From Syntrophomonadaceae bacterium (GTDB lineage: Bacteria; Bacillota; DSM-12270; Thermacetogeniales; Thermacetogeniaceae), in NCBI GenBank assembly GCA_012840405.1, contig DULM01000128.1:1-62428 (forward strand): a stretch of DNA of 62,428 bases. Reading direction: 5' to 3'. The position numbers and the translations under genes were made by a program. A model generated the notes under the pieces. That model searched no databases. It was given only the letters and a program-made list of their open reading frames with translations, and was not told the DNA's origin. Below, one piece after another: positions 28,700-37,919 of this stretch. The first letter of the stretch is position 1; every line of letters begins with the position of its first letter.

Positions 28700-29600
28700 A
28701 AAAAACCTCCTTATCATCCCGCCGATCAGGGGGAGGGGAGCACGTTCTGCAGACAAACACATCCCAACCGCCCTTTTTTCTTATTCTCTCCGCTGCCTGC
28801 CGGGCTGCCACCTGATCATGAAACAAACCAAAAACTGTAGGGCCACTGCCTGACATCAATGCTGCGGCTGCACCCAACAGCAACAACTGCTGTTTGATCT
28901 CCCCTATCTCCGGATGAAGGCTGACCGTAACCCCCTCCAGGTCATTGCCCAATAAAGCGGGGATTTTATGGTGTTCACCTTTTTGCAAGGCTGCAATCAG
29001 TCCCGGTGTGTGGGGCTCCCCCCCTTTGCTCTGATAAAGGCTGTAAACTTTAGCTGTGCTGACTGTAAAGGGTGGTTTGACCAGCAGGACCCAGAAAACA
29101 GGCAACTGGGGCAGTCTTGTCAGTCTTTCACCCCTTCCTTCAGCTAAAGCAGTACCCCCTTTAATAAAAAAGGGGACATCAGAGCCAACCTCTGCTGCAG
29201 CTTTAAGCAGATCATCCTCTTTCATGCCGCAGTTATAAAGCAGATCAGCCCCTTTTAAAGCTGCCGCAGCATTGCTGCTTCCTCCCCCCAGGCCTGCACC
29301 CCAGGGTATCCTTTTTTCGATCAACACTCTGACACCACCAGGGAGCTGGTGAGCGATCACTTCCAGTGCCCTGTAAGCCAAGTTGGCACAGCCGGAGGGG
29401 ACTTCTGAATTATTACTGATGACCTCAATGCCGGAGGGGATTCTGGCAAACCAAAGAGTATCAGCAAGGGTGATGGTCTGCATCACAGAAGCGATCTCAT
29501 GGTAGCCATCTGGTCTGAGACCACCCACATCCAGGGTAAGGTTGATCTTGGCATATGAAGTAAGGATGATTTCCCACTTTTTATTCTTATCTGAAATCAT
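28692..29600 (-). CDS. ispE: 4-diphosphocytidyl-2-C-methyl-D-erythritol kinase
   Basis: AKINLTLDV..R.DGYHEI and GHMP kinase motif PWGAGLGGGSSNAAA. Confidence 0.9.
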   Translation of the reverse strand: MISDKNKKWEIILTSYAKINLTLDVGGLRPDGYHEIASVMQTITLADTLWFARIPSGIEVISNNSEVPSGCANLAYRALEVIAHQLPGGVRVLIEKRIPWGAGLGGGSSNAAAALKGADLLYNCGMKEDDLLKAAAEVGSDVPFFIKGGTALAEGRGERLTRLPQLPVFWVLLVKPPFTVSTAKVYSLYQSKGGEPHTPGLIAALQKGEHHKIPALLGNDLEGVTVSLHPEIGEIKQQLLLLGAAAALMSGSGPTVFGLFHDQVAARQAAERIRKKGGWDVFVCRTCSPPPDRRDDKEVFYG

Positions 29601-29703
29601 ATAACAAGTTTATTCAAAGCTCTTTATTGTTTTATTATGATTTTACTGCTAAATCTTGATATGCTCAACTCCCAATACTGACAACAATACGCAAAGAAGC
29701 TTG

Positions 29704-32331
29704 CTAACCATTACTTCTACCCAGTGCGGCTTTTACCGCATACTTTTTATCCCGTTGCTCCACTGTCCGCAGGAACTCCAGTACAGGCTCCAGTTCCTCA
29801 TAAAACACCACAACAACATCACCTGGTTTGGCCTCCTGGAGAGATTCCTTTAAGGCATCAATGATATCGGGGATGATATGGACTTTCTCTGGGGGCAAGC
29901 CGGCTCTGCGGACACCTGTATAAAGGAGTTTGGCGGTTTCACCAGGGGTACGCCCCCGTAGGTCCTTGTCCTCCCTGATATAGACCTCATCAAATTTCGC
30001 ACCTGCCACCTCCCCCGCCTGGATGATCAAGTCCTTTCTCCGGTCACCAGGGACTCCGATGACACCGGTCAAACAGCGGGGGCCCAGTGTCCTGGCAAAT
30101 TCGGCAACTCTCTGGAAAGCAGGCCCGTTGTGCCCGTAGTCAACAATGACAGTAATCTCCCTTAGCTGATAGATCATCAAGCGGCCTGGATTGTCAGTAA
30201 AGCTGCGCAAACCGCGCCTGATAGCGATTGGAGATAAGCCGCAGCTTAAAGCTGCGGCTGCTGCAGCCAGTGCATTTTCCAGATTATGAAGGGCGCGGCC
30301 GCCCATACCGGCTTTAATGGACTTTACCCTGATCAAACGCAGCAGTTCCTTACCACAGCCGTAATAAACAATCCCATTCCTGACAAAGACGGCCTTTCCC
30401 CCTGCTGCCAGCTGGCGGCGTACCAGAACATTGTCTTCATGGAGGCTGTAGTAAATCACCTGACCCCGAGAGGCAGCAGCCAACCGTGGAGCAAAGGGAT
30501 CATCAGCATTAAGCACTACATAACCATCATCTTTAACCGCTTCCACCACCAATGACTTCACCCAGAAAAGATCCTCTAAGCTTTCAATACCATCCTGCCC
30601 CAGATGATCAGAAGCGATATTGGTCACCACAGCAACATCAGCCAGATCATAACCCAGACCTCCCCGCAGGATCCCCCCTCTGGCTGTTTCCAGGATGGCT
30701 ATTTCCACAGTTGGGTCCTGCAAAACAGAACGGGCGCTTTCCGGTCCTGTGGTATCCCCCTTGCGGATGCAAGTATTATTGATATAGATTCCTCCCGTAG
30801 TGGTCATCCCCACATTGAGCCCCTGCTGTTGGAAAAGGTGACCAAGCATGCGGCTGACTGTTGTTTTCCCATTGGTTCCGGTGATGGAGATCACCGGAAT
30901 GCTTAGCTGGCTGCCTGGGGGAAAAAGATATTCCACCAACTGCTTCCCCACATCCCGGGGTGTTCCTTGATTTGGAGAGAGGTGCATTCTGAAGCCCGGA
31001 GCAGCATTCACCTCAATCAAAACCCCATTGCCCTCCAGGGGTTTTCGAATATCAGGGGTTACAAGATCCACACCAGCCACATCAAGCCCCAAGATCCTTG
31101 CTGCTCTACATGCCATCCAGGCATTCCTTGGATGCACCTGGTCCGTTACATCAACAGCACTGCCCCCTGTACTCAAATTAGCATTCCTGCGCAAAAATAC
31201 CTCAACCCCCCGCTCAGGTCTGCTGTCAGGGTGGTAGCCCTGCCTTTTCAATTCCAGGATGCTGATGGGGTCCACCTCCAGTTTGGTTAAGGGCAGATCA
31301 TGCCCTTTCCCTCTCCGAGGGTCCTGGTTGGCAATCTCCACCAACTCCCTGATGGTATGAACACCATCCCCTACCACAGAAGCAGGAAAACGCTCTGCTG
31401 CAGCAGCCATCTTCCCATCGATGACCAGAATGCGGTAATGCCTGCCCTTGATATATTTTTCCACCAAAACTTCCTTGTCATGGATTTTCGCCAGCTTAAA
31501 GGCTGTTTCCAGTTCCTGCTCATTTTTGATATCCAGCAAAACACCCTTCCCATGATTGCCGCAGCAGGGTTTAATCACAACTGGATATCCCAATTCCCGG
31601 GCAACTGTTAAAGCCTCCTGCAGAGTAGATACCAGCCTTCCTGCTGGCACAGGCAGGCCTGCTGCCTTTAAAAGTTTTCTGGTAGCTTCCTTATGGTGGG
31701 CTGTATCCACAGCCAAGGCAGAGGTTTGAGAGGTAATAGTGGCTTGAATTCTCTTCTGACAGCAGCCATATCCCAATTGATAGAGGTCATCCCCTAAAGA
31801 AAGCACCGGGATACCCCTTTCCTTGCATGCCTTAAGAATATTTTCAGTACTGGGGCCTGGCTTTGTTGCAGCACCTAACTCCCGTAACCTTTCCAGGGCT
31901 TCTGCCACACAAAAGGAATCCCCTTTTAAGACAGCAGACACAAAAGCCACAGCAGTCTCCAGTGCGGCCTTGCCCAACTGAGCTGTGCCGTACTCAAAGA
32001 TCACTTCCCAAATACCGGCTTTGTCCCCCCGAACAGTTTTACCGTAATTTACAGGAAAGCCTGACTCAACCTGAAGCTCAATAGCGATATGTTCCACAAC
32101 ATGCCCCAGCATAGTCCCTTCCCGCAAGCGCTCAGCAAAGCCACCAGGGTAACCGCGGCCACAGCAGTGCTCAGCAAGGCCCGGCAACATTTTCAGAACA
32201 GTTTCGGCAAAGCCGGGTATTTTATCTGTTGTCTTCCGTTCCCCCGGGGCCAAATAAAGACGGGCCACTATAACCGGAGAATGGCACCAGACATTCCGGC
32301 CTTCAATGACCCGGGTTTTGAGGATGATCAC
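29704..32331 (-). CDS. cphA: Cyanophycin synthetase
   Basis: 875 aa. N-domain MIILKTRVIEGRNVW, ATP-grasp middle domain (PVVIKPCCGNHGKGV) and Mur-ligase-like C-half (ITGTNGKTT). Confidence 0.95.
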   Translation of the reverse strand: MIILKTRVIEGRNVWCHSPVIVARLYLAPGERKTTDKIPGFAETVLKMLPGLAEHCCGRGYPGGFAERLREGTMLGHVVEHIAIELQVESGFPVNYGKTVRGDKAGIWEVIFEYGTAQLGKAALETAVAFVSAVLKGDSFCVAEALERLRELGAATKPGPSTENILKACKERGIPVLSLGDDLYQLGYGCCQKRIQATITSQTSALAVDTAHHKEATRKLLKAAGLPVPAGRLVSTLQEALTVARELGYPVVIKPCCGNHGKGVLLDIKNEQELETAFKLAKIHDKEVLVEKYIKGRHYRILVIDGKMAAAAERFPASVVGDGVHTIRELVEIANQDPRRGKGHDLPLTKLEVDPISILELKRQGYHPDSRPERGVEVFLRRNANLSTGGSAVDVTDQVHPRNAWMACRAARILGLDVAGVDLVTPDIRKPLEGNGVLIEVNAAPGFRMHLSPNQGTPRDVGKQLVEYLFPPGSQLSIPVISITGTNGKTTVSRMLGHLFQQQGLNVGMTTTGGIYINNTCIRKGDTTGPESARSVLQDPTVEIAILETARGGILRGGLGYDLADVAVVTNIASDHLGQDGIESLEDLFWVKSLVVEAVKDDGYVVLNADDPFAPRLAAASRGQVIYYSLHEDNVLVRRQLAAGGKAVFVRNGIVYYGCGKELLRLIRVKSIKAGMGGRALHNLENALAAAAAALSCGLSPIAIRRGLRSFTDNPGRLMIYQLREITVIVDYGHNGPAFQRVAEFARTLGPRCLTGVIGVPGDRRKDLIIQAGEVAGAKFDEVYIREDKDLRGRTPGETAKLLYTGVRRAGLPPEKVHIIPDIIDALKESLQEAKPGDVVVVFYEELEPVLEFLRTVEQRDKKYAVKAALGRSNG

Positions 32332-32383
32332 AATGAGAAACCTCCTTAAAGAACCTGTTTTATGACCTTTCCTATTTTTGCAA

Positions 32384-33205
32384 TTATAGGTGCCGATTAT
32401 TCATAGGCAGGGGATGCCTGTTCTTGATATCAAATTTGTAACCGGCAGGGAGGACATGGAGCAGCACATTGGTCAAAGCCAGCGGTTCCTGGGGAGCGGT
32501 TACCGAAACATTTGTCTCTCTGATCTGCTTGCCGTCGATAACTGTTACTGTTTGTGAACCCACCACCTCAAAGGTTCCCTCTGCTGATACGATAATAGCT
32601 GTATCCTCATCGATCCCCACACCCAGTACATAAGGATATTGGGCCACAGCAGCAAGCAGCCTCCCTAACCTCCCCCTTTGGGCAAAGTGCTGGTCCACAA
32701 CCACCCCCCGCAAGAGCCCCAACCCTGGTGCCATCTGTACCGTATTTTTGCGGGGGGCCTCAGTTTCCTCACCATCCACAATCATGGTCTCACTCATGGC
32801 AGAGGCTCCTGCACTGGTTCCCGCAATAATAGCACCCCTGCGGTATGCTTTGTGCAGGGCCTGGTCTACCCGGGTACCCCCTAAGGTACTGGTTAAACGC
32901 AGTTGGTCCCCTCCGGTGAAAAAGATCCCTGTGGCCTTTTCCAGTGTTTCCTCAGCAGCCTGGGCACAGGCATCCTGACGGCTATCCACATGCAAAACCG
33001 AAACATCCCCTACCCCCAGTTCCCGAAAAAGAGAGAGATACAGATCCCCTGTGGCCTGGTGATCAGCTGAGGCGGCAGTAACCACTACCACACTACCCTC
33101 TTCTCCACCGGATAAAGCCACGAATTTTTTCAAGATCAAACATTTATGCTCCCGGTCTTCAGCACCACCGATGACCACCAATGTACCCTTACCCTGTTTC
33201 GACAT
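32384..33205 (-). CDS. cphB: Cyanophycinase (S51 serine dipeptidase family)
   Basis: GTLVVIGGAEDR...IFFTGGDQLR...GTSAGASAMS (nucleophile Ser). 52 nt upstream of cphA. Start set at MSKQGKG. Confidence 0.9.
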   Translation of the reverse strand: MSKQGKGTLVVIGGAEDREHKCLILKKFVALSGGEEGSVVVVTAASADHQATGDLYLSLFRELGVGDVSVLHVDSRQDACAQAAEETLEKATGIFFTGGDQLRLTSTLGGTRVDQALHKAYRRGAIIAGTSAGASAMSETMIVDGEETEAPRKNTVQMAPGLGLLRGVVVDQHFAQRGRLGRLLAAVAQYPYVLGVGIDEDTAIIVSAEGTFEVVGSQTVTVIDGKQIRETNVSVTAPQEPLALTNVLLHVLPAGYKFDIKNRHPLPMNNRHL

Positions 33206-33241
33206 AGGAAAACACCCCTTCCCGAAATTAAACAAGAATAA

Positions 33242-33256
33242 GCTGCAATGATTAGC
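33242..33256. promoter_or_regulatory. Weak Zur/Fur-type 7-1-7 inverted repeat upstream of the ZIP transporter
   Basis: CTGCAAT-G-ATTAGCG keeps the AAT-N-ATT core of Firmicute Zur boxes (TCGTAAT-N-ATTACGA). The outer positions diverge. Confidence 0.2.
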
Positions 33257-33286
33257 GTATATTGTAAGCGGAAGGCAGGTGGCAGC

Positions 33287-34012
33287 ATGAACGCCATGTT
33301 CCCCAGTTTACTTGCCGGACTGGCTACCGCCCTGGGATGTCTGCCAGTACTCTTTGCCAGATACCCGGGGCAGCGAACTCTGGCTCTTATTTTAGGAGGA
33401 GCTGCCGGAGTAATGCTAGCAGTTGTGACATTGGATCTCATTCCGGCAGCACTCAAAACCGGCACCCCTCTGCAGGCAATTAAAGGTATGATCATTGGCG
33501 CTGGCCTTCTCTTTCTACTGGACCGTTTCCTGACTGGGCGAAACATCAGCTTATCCTTTCACAAAGACAGCGCCATGAGGCGTTTGGGCTACCTGATGGC
33601 AATAGGGATCGCCCTCCATGACCTGCCAGAAGGAATGGCCATCGCCGGTGCTTATGCAGCCGGCGGAAAACTTGGCCCCTTATTGGCCCTTTCCATCGCT
33701 CTCCATAATATCCCGGAAGGAATAGCCACAGCCGCCCCTTTGAAAATGGGCGGCCTTAGGTACAGACAGATCCTTTTGATCAATATTTTGGTCAGTTTAT
33801 TCACACCATTAGGGACCATGTGTGGGCTGTTTATCATCCACCTTTCCCCCTACCACCTCTCCTTTCTCCTGGCATTGGCTGCAGGAGCAATGCTCTATCT
33901 GATCAAAGATGAGCTTCTCCCTGCAGCCCTGAGCAGGCACCTGCTTTGGTGCTGGCTGGGCCTGATCCTTGGCTTTGCTCTCCTCTGGCTGGCCACAATC
34001 ATCGCTGTTTAA
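33287..34012 (+). CDS. ZIP-family divalent metal (zinc) transporter
   Basis: Signature helices IALHDLPEGMAIAG and IALHNIPEGIATAAP. About 8 TM segments. Start set at MNAMFPSLL. Confidence 0.85.
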   Translation: MNAMFPSLLAGLATALGCLPVLFARYPGQRTLALILGGAAGVMLAVVTLDLIPAALKTGTPLQAIKGMIIGAGLLFLLDRFLTGRNISLSFHKDSAMRRLGYLMAIGIALHDLPEGMAIAGAYAAGGKLGPLLALSIALHNIPEGIATAAPLKMGGLRYRQILLINILVSLFTPLGTMCGLFIIHLSPYHLSFLLALAAGAMLYLIKDELLPAALSRHLLWCWLGLILGFALLWLATIIAV

Positions 34013-34728
34013 CTATTATAGGACCAGAGCCAGGAAAGAATGGAGTTCTCCTTTGTATTCTCCAGCCATTCACCGATCTTGCTGGTCAGATAGAATTTTT
34101 CTTTCTCTCCGTCATTTGTTTCAGTATCCATTGTCAAAACCTTTTTTGTCTTAGCAGTATTTTTTGTTTTAGCCTCTTTTGCAACATCTTTTTTTGCTTC
34201 ATTCTTTAACTGCTCAGCTTCAGTCTCTCCTTCCATAAACTGTTTGGCGGTATTGGTCAAATCCACATAACACAAGGGTGGGAAGAGACAGCACCACCAG
34301 TTCTTACCTTCCCCTGCCCCCAGCACAATTCTGAGAGCCTCATATTTTCCTTCAGGAAAGGTCTTTTCTCCGTAAGTTCTGGCTGGAAAGTCAAAAACCC
34401 CATAATAAGCCTTTACCTGATCACCGCAACCCTGTGAGCGCAGCACACCTACAGCCACTTCCTCTATCTGTGGTAATCTGCTCTGAATTACCTGAGCAGC
34501 TGTTTCTTTGTCCTGCACATCTTCCAGTTCCGGACGCAGGTAAGCAAGAACCTCATCCCGCACCGCAAGTTTCAGTTCCTGATCCGCAGAACTGTCGCTG
34601 TTGGCTATCACATGAAAGCGCACAACCCCCTCCATCGGCTTGCCCTGCTGACCCTCTACCGGAAGTAAGGCCAGTAAGGAATATAAAGCTAGGCTGAGGA
34701 AAAAGGCATAGATCAATTTTTTCATCAT
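34009..34728 (-). CDS. spoIIR: Stage II sporulation protein R
   Basis: Signal peptide, then VVRFHVIANSDSSADQELKLAVRDEVL and WWCCLFPPLCYVD as in SpoIIR. Extra K/E-rich C-terminal extension. Confidence 0.85.
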   Translation of the reverse strand: MMKKLIYAFFLSLALYSLLALLPVEGQQGKPMEGVVRFHVIANSDSSADQELKLAVRDEVLAYLRPELEDVQDKETAAQVIQSRLPQIEEVAVGVLRSQGCGDQVKAYYGVFDFPARTYGEKTFPEGKYEALRIVLGAGEGKNWWCCLFPPLCYVDLTNTAKQFMEGETEAEQLKNEAKKDVAKEAKTKNTAKTKKVLTMDTETNDGEKEKFYLTSKIGEWLENTKENSILSWLWSYNS

Positions 34729-34763
34729 TAAACCCCTCTCTCCCTAAAGCGGTCTTCAGGGCA

Positions 34764-34792
34764 TATTATTACCAAATATTGAAGCATTAAAC
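34764..34792 (-). promoter_or_regulatory. Putative sigma-F-type promoter of spoIIR
   Basis: Minus strand reads GTTTA-N14-GGTAATAATA. The -10 fits the B. subtilis sigma-F pattern GGnnAnAHTR exactly and spoIIR is sigma-F-dependent in Bacillus. Confidence 0.4.
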
Positions 34793-34802
34793 AGCTTCCT
34801 GT

Positions 34803-34843
34803 AAAAAAAAGAAAAACCCTGCTGTCAAATCGACAGACAGGGC
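34803..34843 (-). terminator. Rho-independent terminator after the DUF3794-LysM gene
   Basis: Minus strand reads CCCTGTCTGTC-GATTT-GACAGCAGGG followed by TTTTTCTTTTTTTT. Confidence 0.65.
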
Positions 34844-34860
34844 AAACAGCCTAATCAGTT

Positions 34861-36390
34861 CTACGGGTCACAGGGGATAATCAAAACCGATCCGATCTGG
34901 AGGTTTTGAGGATCAACCCCTGGATTGAGAGCAAGGATACTGTCAACAGAAACATTGTACCTCAATGACAATTTGTAGATGGTATCACCTGGCTGCACCA
35001 CATGTTCAAAAGGACAACTTGGCGTAGGCGGCACAGGCCTAACTTCCTCACAGAGCACCACATAGATCTGTACTGGTTCCACAACCCGGGCCGTTAGATT
35101 GAGAATTATCTCCAGGGCCGGCCTTCTGGTGGCACCATCTATGCGCCCTGCCACATGCTCCACTGCCGCTTGTACCTGGGCTGACATTTCAGGCATGGCA
35201 CCGGGAATAGGAATAAAGCTGCGGAACTTGATCTTTGCCTCAAAATGATGCACAGACTGATCAGGCATATCACTGACGTAGAGCACCTGTGCTTCGATCT
35301 TCCCGCTAACAATCACCTTATCCTTGATAATGGCCACATCCTCAGGTAGGACTTCCACCTTATGTACTTTGATATCTAAGATTTTGACAGCAGCAGGCTT
35401 TTCGATGGGGATGTGTACAACTTCGGCAATATTAACCTGGGTGTGGTCCTCTCCCACAACATTATCCACCCTGAGCAGTTCTCGGGAGGTTTCTACCCCC
35501 AACAGATCCACCACAACATCCAGCTCTCTGGGCTCGGTTACCTTAGCGGTCAGGTCAATGATCACCTCAACACCTACTGTATGTGGATTGATCATATCGA
35601 AGCTGGTGTGGGTGATGGTTTCATCAACGGTGACATTCATCCCCGGTTCAGCGCCAAAGACCTCAATGAATTGAGTAAAGTGCAATGTCTGGTGCATATG
35701 GTGGACAGGTTGGCTGGCCAGGGCAGCCACATAGATGATCTGCAGGCTAATATCCCCTTCAACAATTACCTTATCCTGAATGATCTTCTTATCTGTAATT
35801 GTTACACTGGCATCCACATCCAGCACCTTTTCTACAGGGGGTTTCTCCGGTGGTACCCGGAACCTGCCGGAAACCATTGCCTGAGTAGCCCCTTCAGCGA
35901 TCACTTCCTCAATGCGCAGCCGTTCAGTAATGGCGTTTACTCCCGGAGGTGGTGTTACCATCAAAGAGATCTCAGCTAATTCTGTTACCTTCACCTGAAT
36001 GAAGATAATGGCGGTAACATCAAATAAGCGCCCGTGGTGGCCCTTTACCTTTCCTTGGATATCCTCGACCTTCACCTTTGCCCATGCGTTCATTCCCGGT
36101 TCTGCACCGGGTATATCCACAAACTGCGTAAATTCCAGACGTGCATGAGTATGGTGAACCGGCTGGTCGGGACAGTCAGCAGCATAAACGATCTGCAAAT
36201 TGAGATGCCCCTCAATGATCACTTTATTTTTGATCACTTCTACCTTTTTTACCTTCACGGTTTTATCGATAGAGATTATTTTTTCTATTCCCGGTTTAGG
36301 TTCGGGTAATTGGAAATCACCCTGAACAACAGCCTGTTTTGATCTCTCACCAACAACATGTTCGATCTTTAATGTTTCACAGTTGTTCAT
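34861..36390 (-). CDS. Protein with three tandem DUF3794-like repeats and a C-terminal LysM domain
   Basis: Unit of about 135 aa seen three times (..VVGE..Q..V.G.F..P..KP..EK....D..V......I.DKVI.EG...LQI.Y.A....QPVHH.H..L.FTQF....GAEPGMN). LysM: HVVQPGDTIYKLSLRYNVSVDSILALNPG. Confidence 0.75.
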   Translation of the reverse strand: MNNCETLKIEHVVGERSKQAVVQGDFQLPEPKPGIEKIISIDKTVKVKKVEVIKNKVIIEGHLNLQIVYAADCPDQPVHHTHARLEFTQFVDIPGAEPGMNAWAKVKVEDIQGKVKGHHGRLFDVTAIIFIQVKVTELAEISLMVTPPPGVNAITERLRIEEVIAEGATQAMVSGRFRVPPEKPPVEKVLDVDASVTITDKKIIQDKVIVEGDISLQIIYVAALASQPVHHMHQTLHFTQFIEVFGAEPGMNVTVDETITHTSFDMINPHTVGVEVIIDLTAKVTEPRELDVVVDLLGVETSRELLRVDNVVGEDHTQVNIAEVVHIPIEKPAAVKILDIKVHKVEVLPEDVAIIKDKVIVSGKIEAQVLYVSDMPDQSVHHFEAKIKFRSFIPIPGAMPEMSAQVQAAVEHVAGRIDGATRRPALEIILNLTARVVEPVQIYVVLCEEVRPVPPTPSCPFEHVVQPGDTIYKLSLRYNVSVDSILALNPGVDPQNLQIGSVLIIPCDP

Positions 36391-36428
36391 TTATTCTCCC
36401 TCCTTTTCCAGGACACATTTTTCTGTAA

Positions 36429-36460
36429 TATAATATGTCTGCTGGATAAAGAGGGTGTGT
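36429..36460 (-). promoter_or_regulatory. Sigma-K-like promoter motif upstream of the DUF3794-LysM gene
   Basis: Minus strand reads ACACACC-N..-CATATTATA. The -10 fits the B. subtilis sigma-K CATA---TA, with AC about 17 nt upstream. Confidence 0.4.
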
Positions 36461-36587
36461 TTAACCAATAGAGAAACCGCTGCAACAAATAACAGCGGTT
36501 TCAGGTAAATTCTGTATTAAATGCACAATGCTTTCCTTTTTTCTCTAATGTTTATCTTCTTCCCTTTGTTCTAAACCTTTAATCAGC

Positions 36588-37415
36588 CTATTTTCCAATA
36601 AACATCTGGGTAAACATCATTCCATAGGGGCCGCCTTTGACTATACCGATACCGATATGGGTAAAGTTTGCGTTTAAAATATTGGCACGGTGCCCCTCAG
36701 AATTCATCAAAGCGGTATGCGCCCTCTCAACAGAGCCGGCACCAGCTATGTTCTCTCCTGCCCAGCGATAGCGTACTCCGGCATTTTTCATCATGTCAAA
36801 GGGAGATCCATAGGTTGGCGACTGGTGGCTGAAATAATTCTTGTCCACCATATCCTGGCTTTTCATCCGCGCCAGTTTCACCAATTGATAATCTACCTCT
36901 AAAGGTTTCAGCCCGTATTTCTGGCGCTCCTGGTTGACCAGATTGATCATCTTCTGTTCATCCTGGGTCAGAGCAACCACACCAGAGCCGGGTTCTTCAG
37001 GCTGTGGCTTTGGCTGTGGGTTCGGCTGTGGGTTCGGCTGAGGCTGAGGCTGAGGCTCAGGTTTTTGCGGCTCCTGAGGCTCAGGTTCAGGCTGTGGATC
37101 CTGAGGTTCAGGTTTTTGCGGGTCCTGTGGCTCAGGTTCGGGCTGTGGCTCTTGAGGCTCTGGCTGCGGATCCTGAGGCTCTGGTTCCGGTTCCGGCTGT
37201 GGTTCTGGTTCAGGCTGTGGATCCGGTTGGGGGCGGATGATTTTAAAATCATCACAGGGAAAAACCCTTTTCAGGATACTGATCAACAGCTGATTACTGA
37301 GACTGCCCTGATAATAGACATACCTTGTGGCCGCAAAAGCTGTTAAGGGCATCACTGTGAGCAGTATACCGACAAGAATGGCGGAGATAGAATAGCGCAA
37401 TTTTTTGGAAATCAC
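36588..37415 (-). CDS. Secreted CAP/SCP-domain protein (YkwD-like) with a long PEPQ-repeat linker
   Basis: Signal peptide. 81-aa P/E/Q repeat. C-terminal CAP domain: MINLVNQERQKYGLKPLEVDYQL...YFSHQSPTYGSPFDMM...AGENIA...HRANILN..FTHIGIG. Confidence 0.8.
   Translation of the reverse strand: MISKKLRYSISAILVGILLTVMPLTAFAATRYVYYQGSLSNQLLISILKRVFPCDDFKIIRPQPDPQPEPEPQPEPEPEPQDPQPEPQEPQPEPEPQDPQKPEPQDPQPEPEPQEPQKPEPQPQPQPNPQPNPQPKPQPEEPGSGVVALTQDEQKMINLVNQERQKYGLKPLEVDYQLVKLARMKSQDMVDKNYFSHQSPTYGSPFDMMKNAGVRYRWAGENIAGAGSVERAHTALMNSEGHRANILNANFTHIGIGIVKGGPYGMMFTQMFIGK
36990..37232 (-). repeat. Coding microsatellite-like repeat (PEPQ/PQ units) inside the CAP-domain gene
   Basis: DNA shows GGCTCAGGTT/GGCTGTGG-type units. 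Protein reads PQPDPQPEPEPQPEPEPEPQDPQPEPQEPQ...PNPQPNPQPKPQPEEP. Confidence 0.8.
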
Positions 37416-37585
37416 CTGTTTATCGTCTCCTTTCGAGAAAATTTGTCATAATTATACTGCCACTCCTATCAATTTGGCGAAGTTGCCATTAGTTCTTTAT
37501 CTTTCATGAAAGATAAACAGGTGACCATTGCGCACATATTGTCTTTTTTTTATACAATTAGGACCTTATGTAAAATTTTAATAAA

Positions 37586-37897
37586 TTAGGACTCAATCCT
37601 TTCATTCCCCCCGGTACTTGCAGCCCCGTCCTCATAACCCCTTCTGTAGCCCTGGTCCCAGCCCTGGTCAAAAATTGCATCAGCATCCCTTTTGCCTGCC
37701 AAATACCCCTCCTCAAGCCCCTCTAAATAGCCCTGCTCCCTTCCTGCTTTCCAGATGCGATCTCTGCACTCTGTTTTGGCCCGTTGATAGCCTGCGGCAA
37801 AGCCATCTTTGTAGCCGTCCTTATAACCGTGATCATAGCCACAGCCATAGATATGTTCGAACAGGAAAACCTTTTCTACAGTTTTGGCCTTGCCCAT
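37586..37897 (-). CDS. Hypothetical protein with G-Y-x-x-G / GxxxG repeats (Yae1_N-like pattern)
   Basis: GCGYDHGYKDGYKDGFAAGYQRA...GREQGYLEGLEEGYLAG...GWDQGYRRGYEDG. No family assigned with certainty. Confidence 0.4.
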   Translation of the reverse strand: MGKAKTVEKVFLFEHIYGCGYDHGYKDGYKDGFAAGYQRAKTECRDRIWKAGREQGYLEGLEEGYLAGKRDADAIFDQGWDQGYRRGYEDGAASTGGNERIES

Positions 37898-37919
37898 GCT
37901 GATCCCCTCCTAACTGCTA

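Noticed and set aside
33136-33546. 136-aa minus-strand ORF spanning the cphB start and the ZIP gene
   Set aside because: It overlaps two well-supported genes (cyanophycinase N-terminus and ZIP transporter). It has the Arg/Pro/Ala-rich composition of an antisense frame.
35413-35979. 188-aa plus-strand ORF (also 35324-35674)
   Set aside because: It is antisense to the DUF3794-LysM gene, whose internal threefold repeat and LysM domain support the minus frame.
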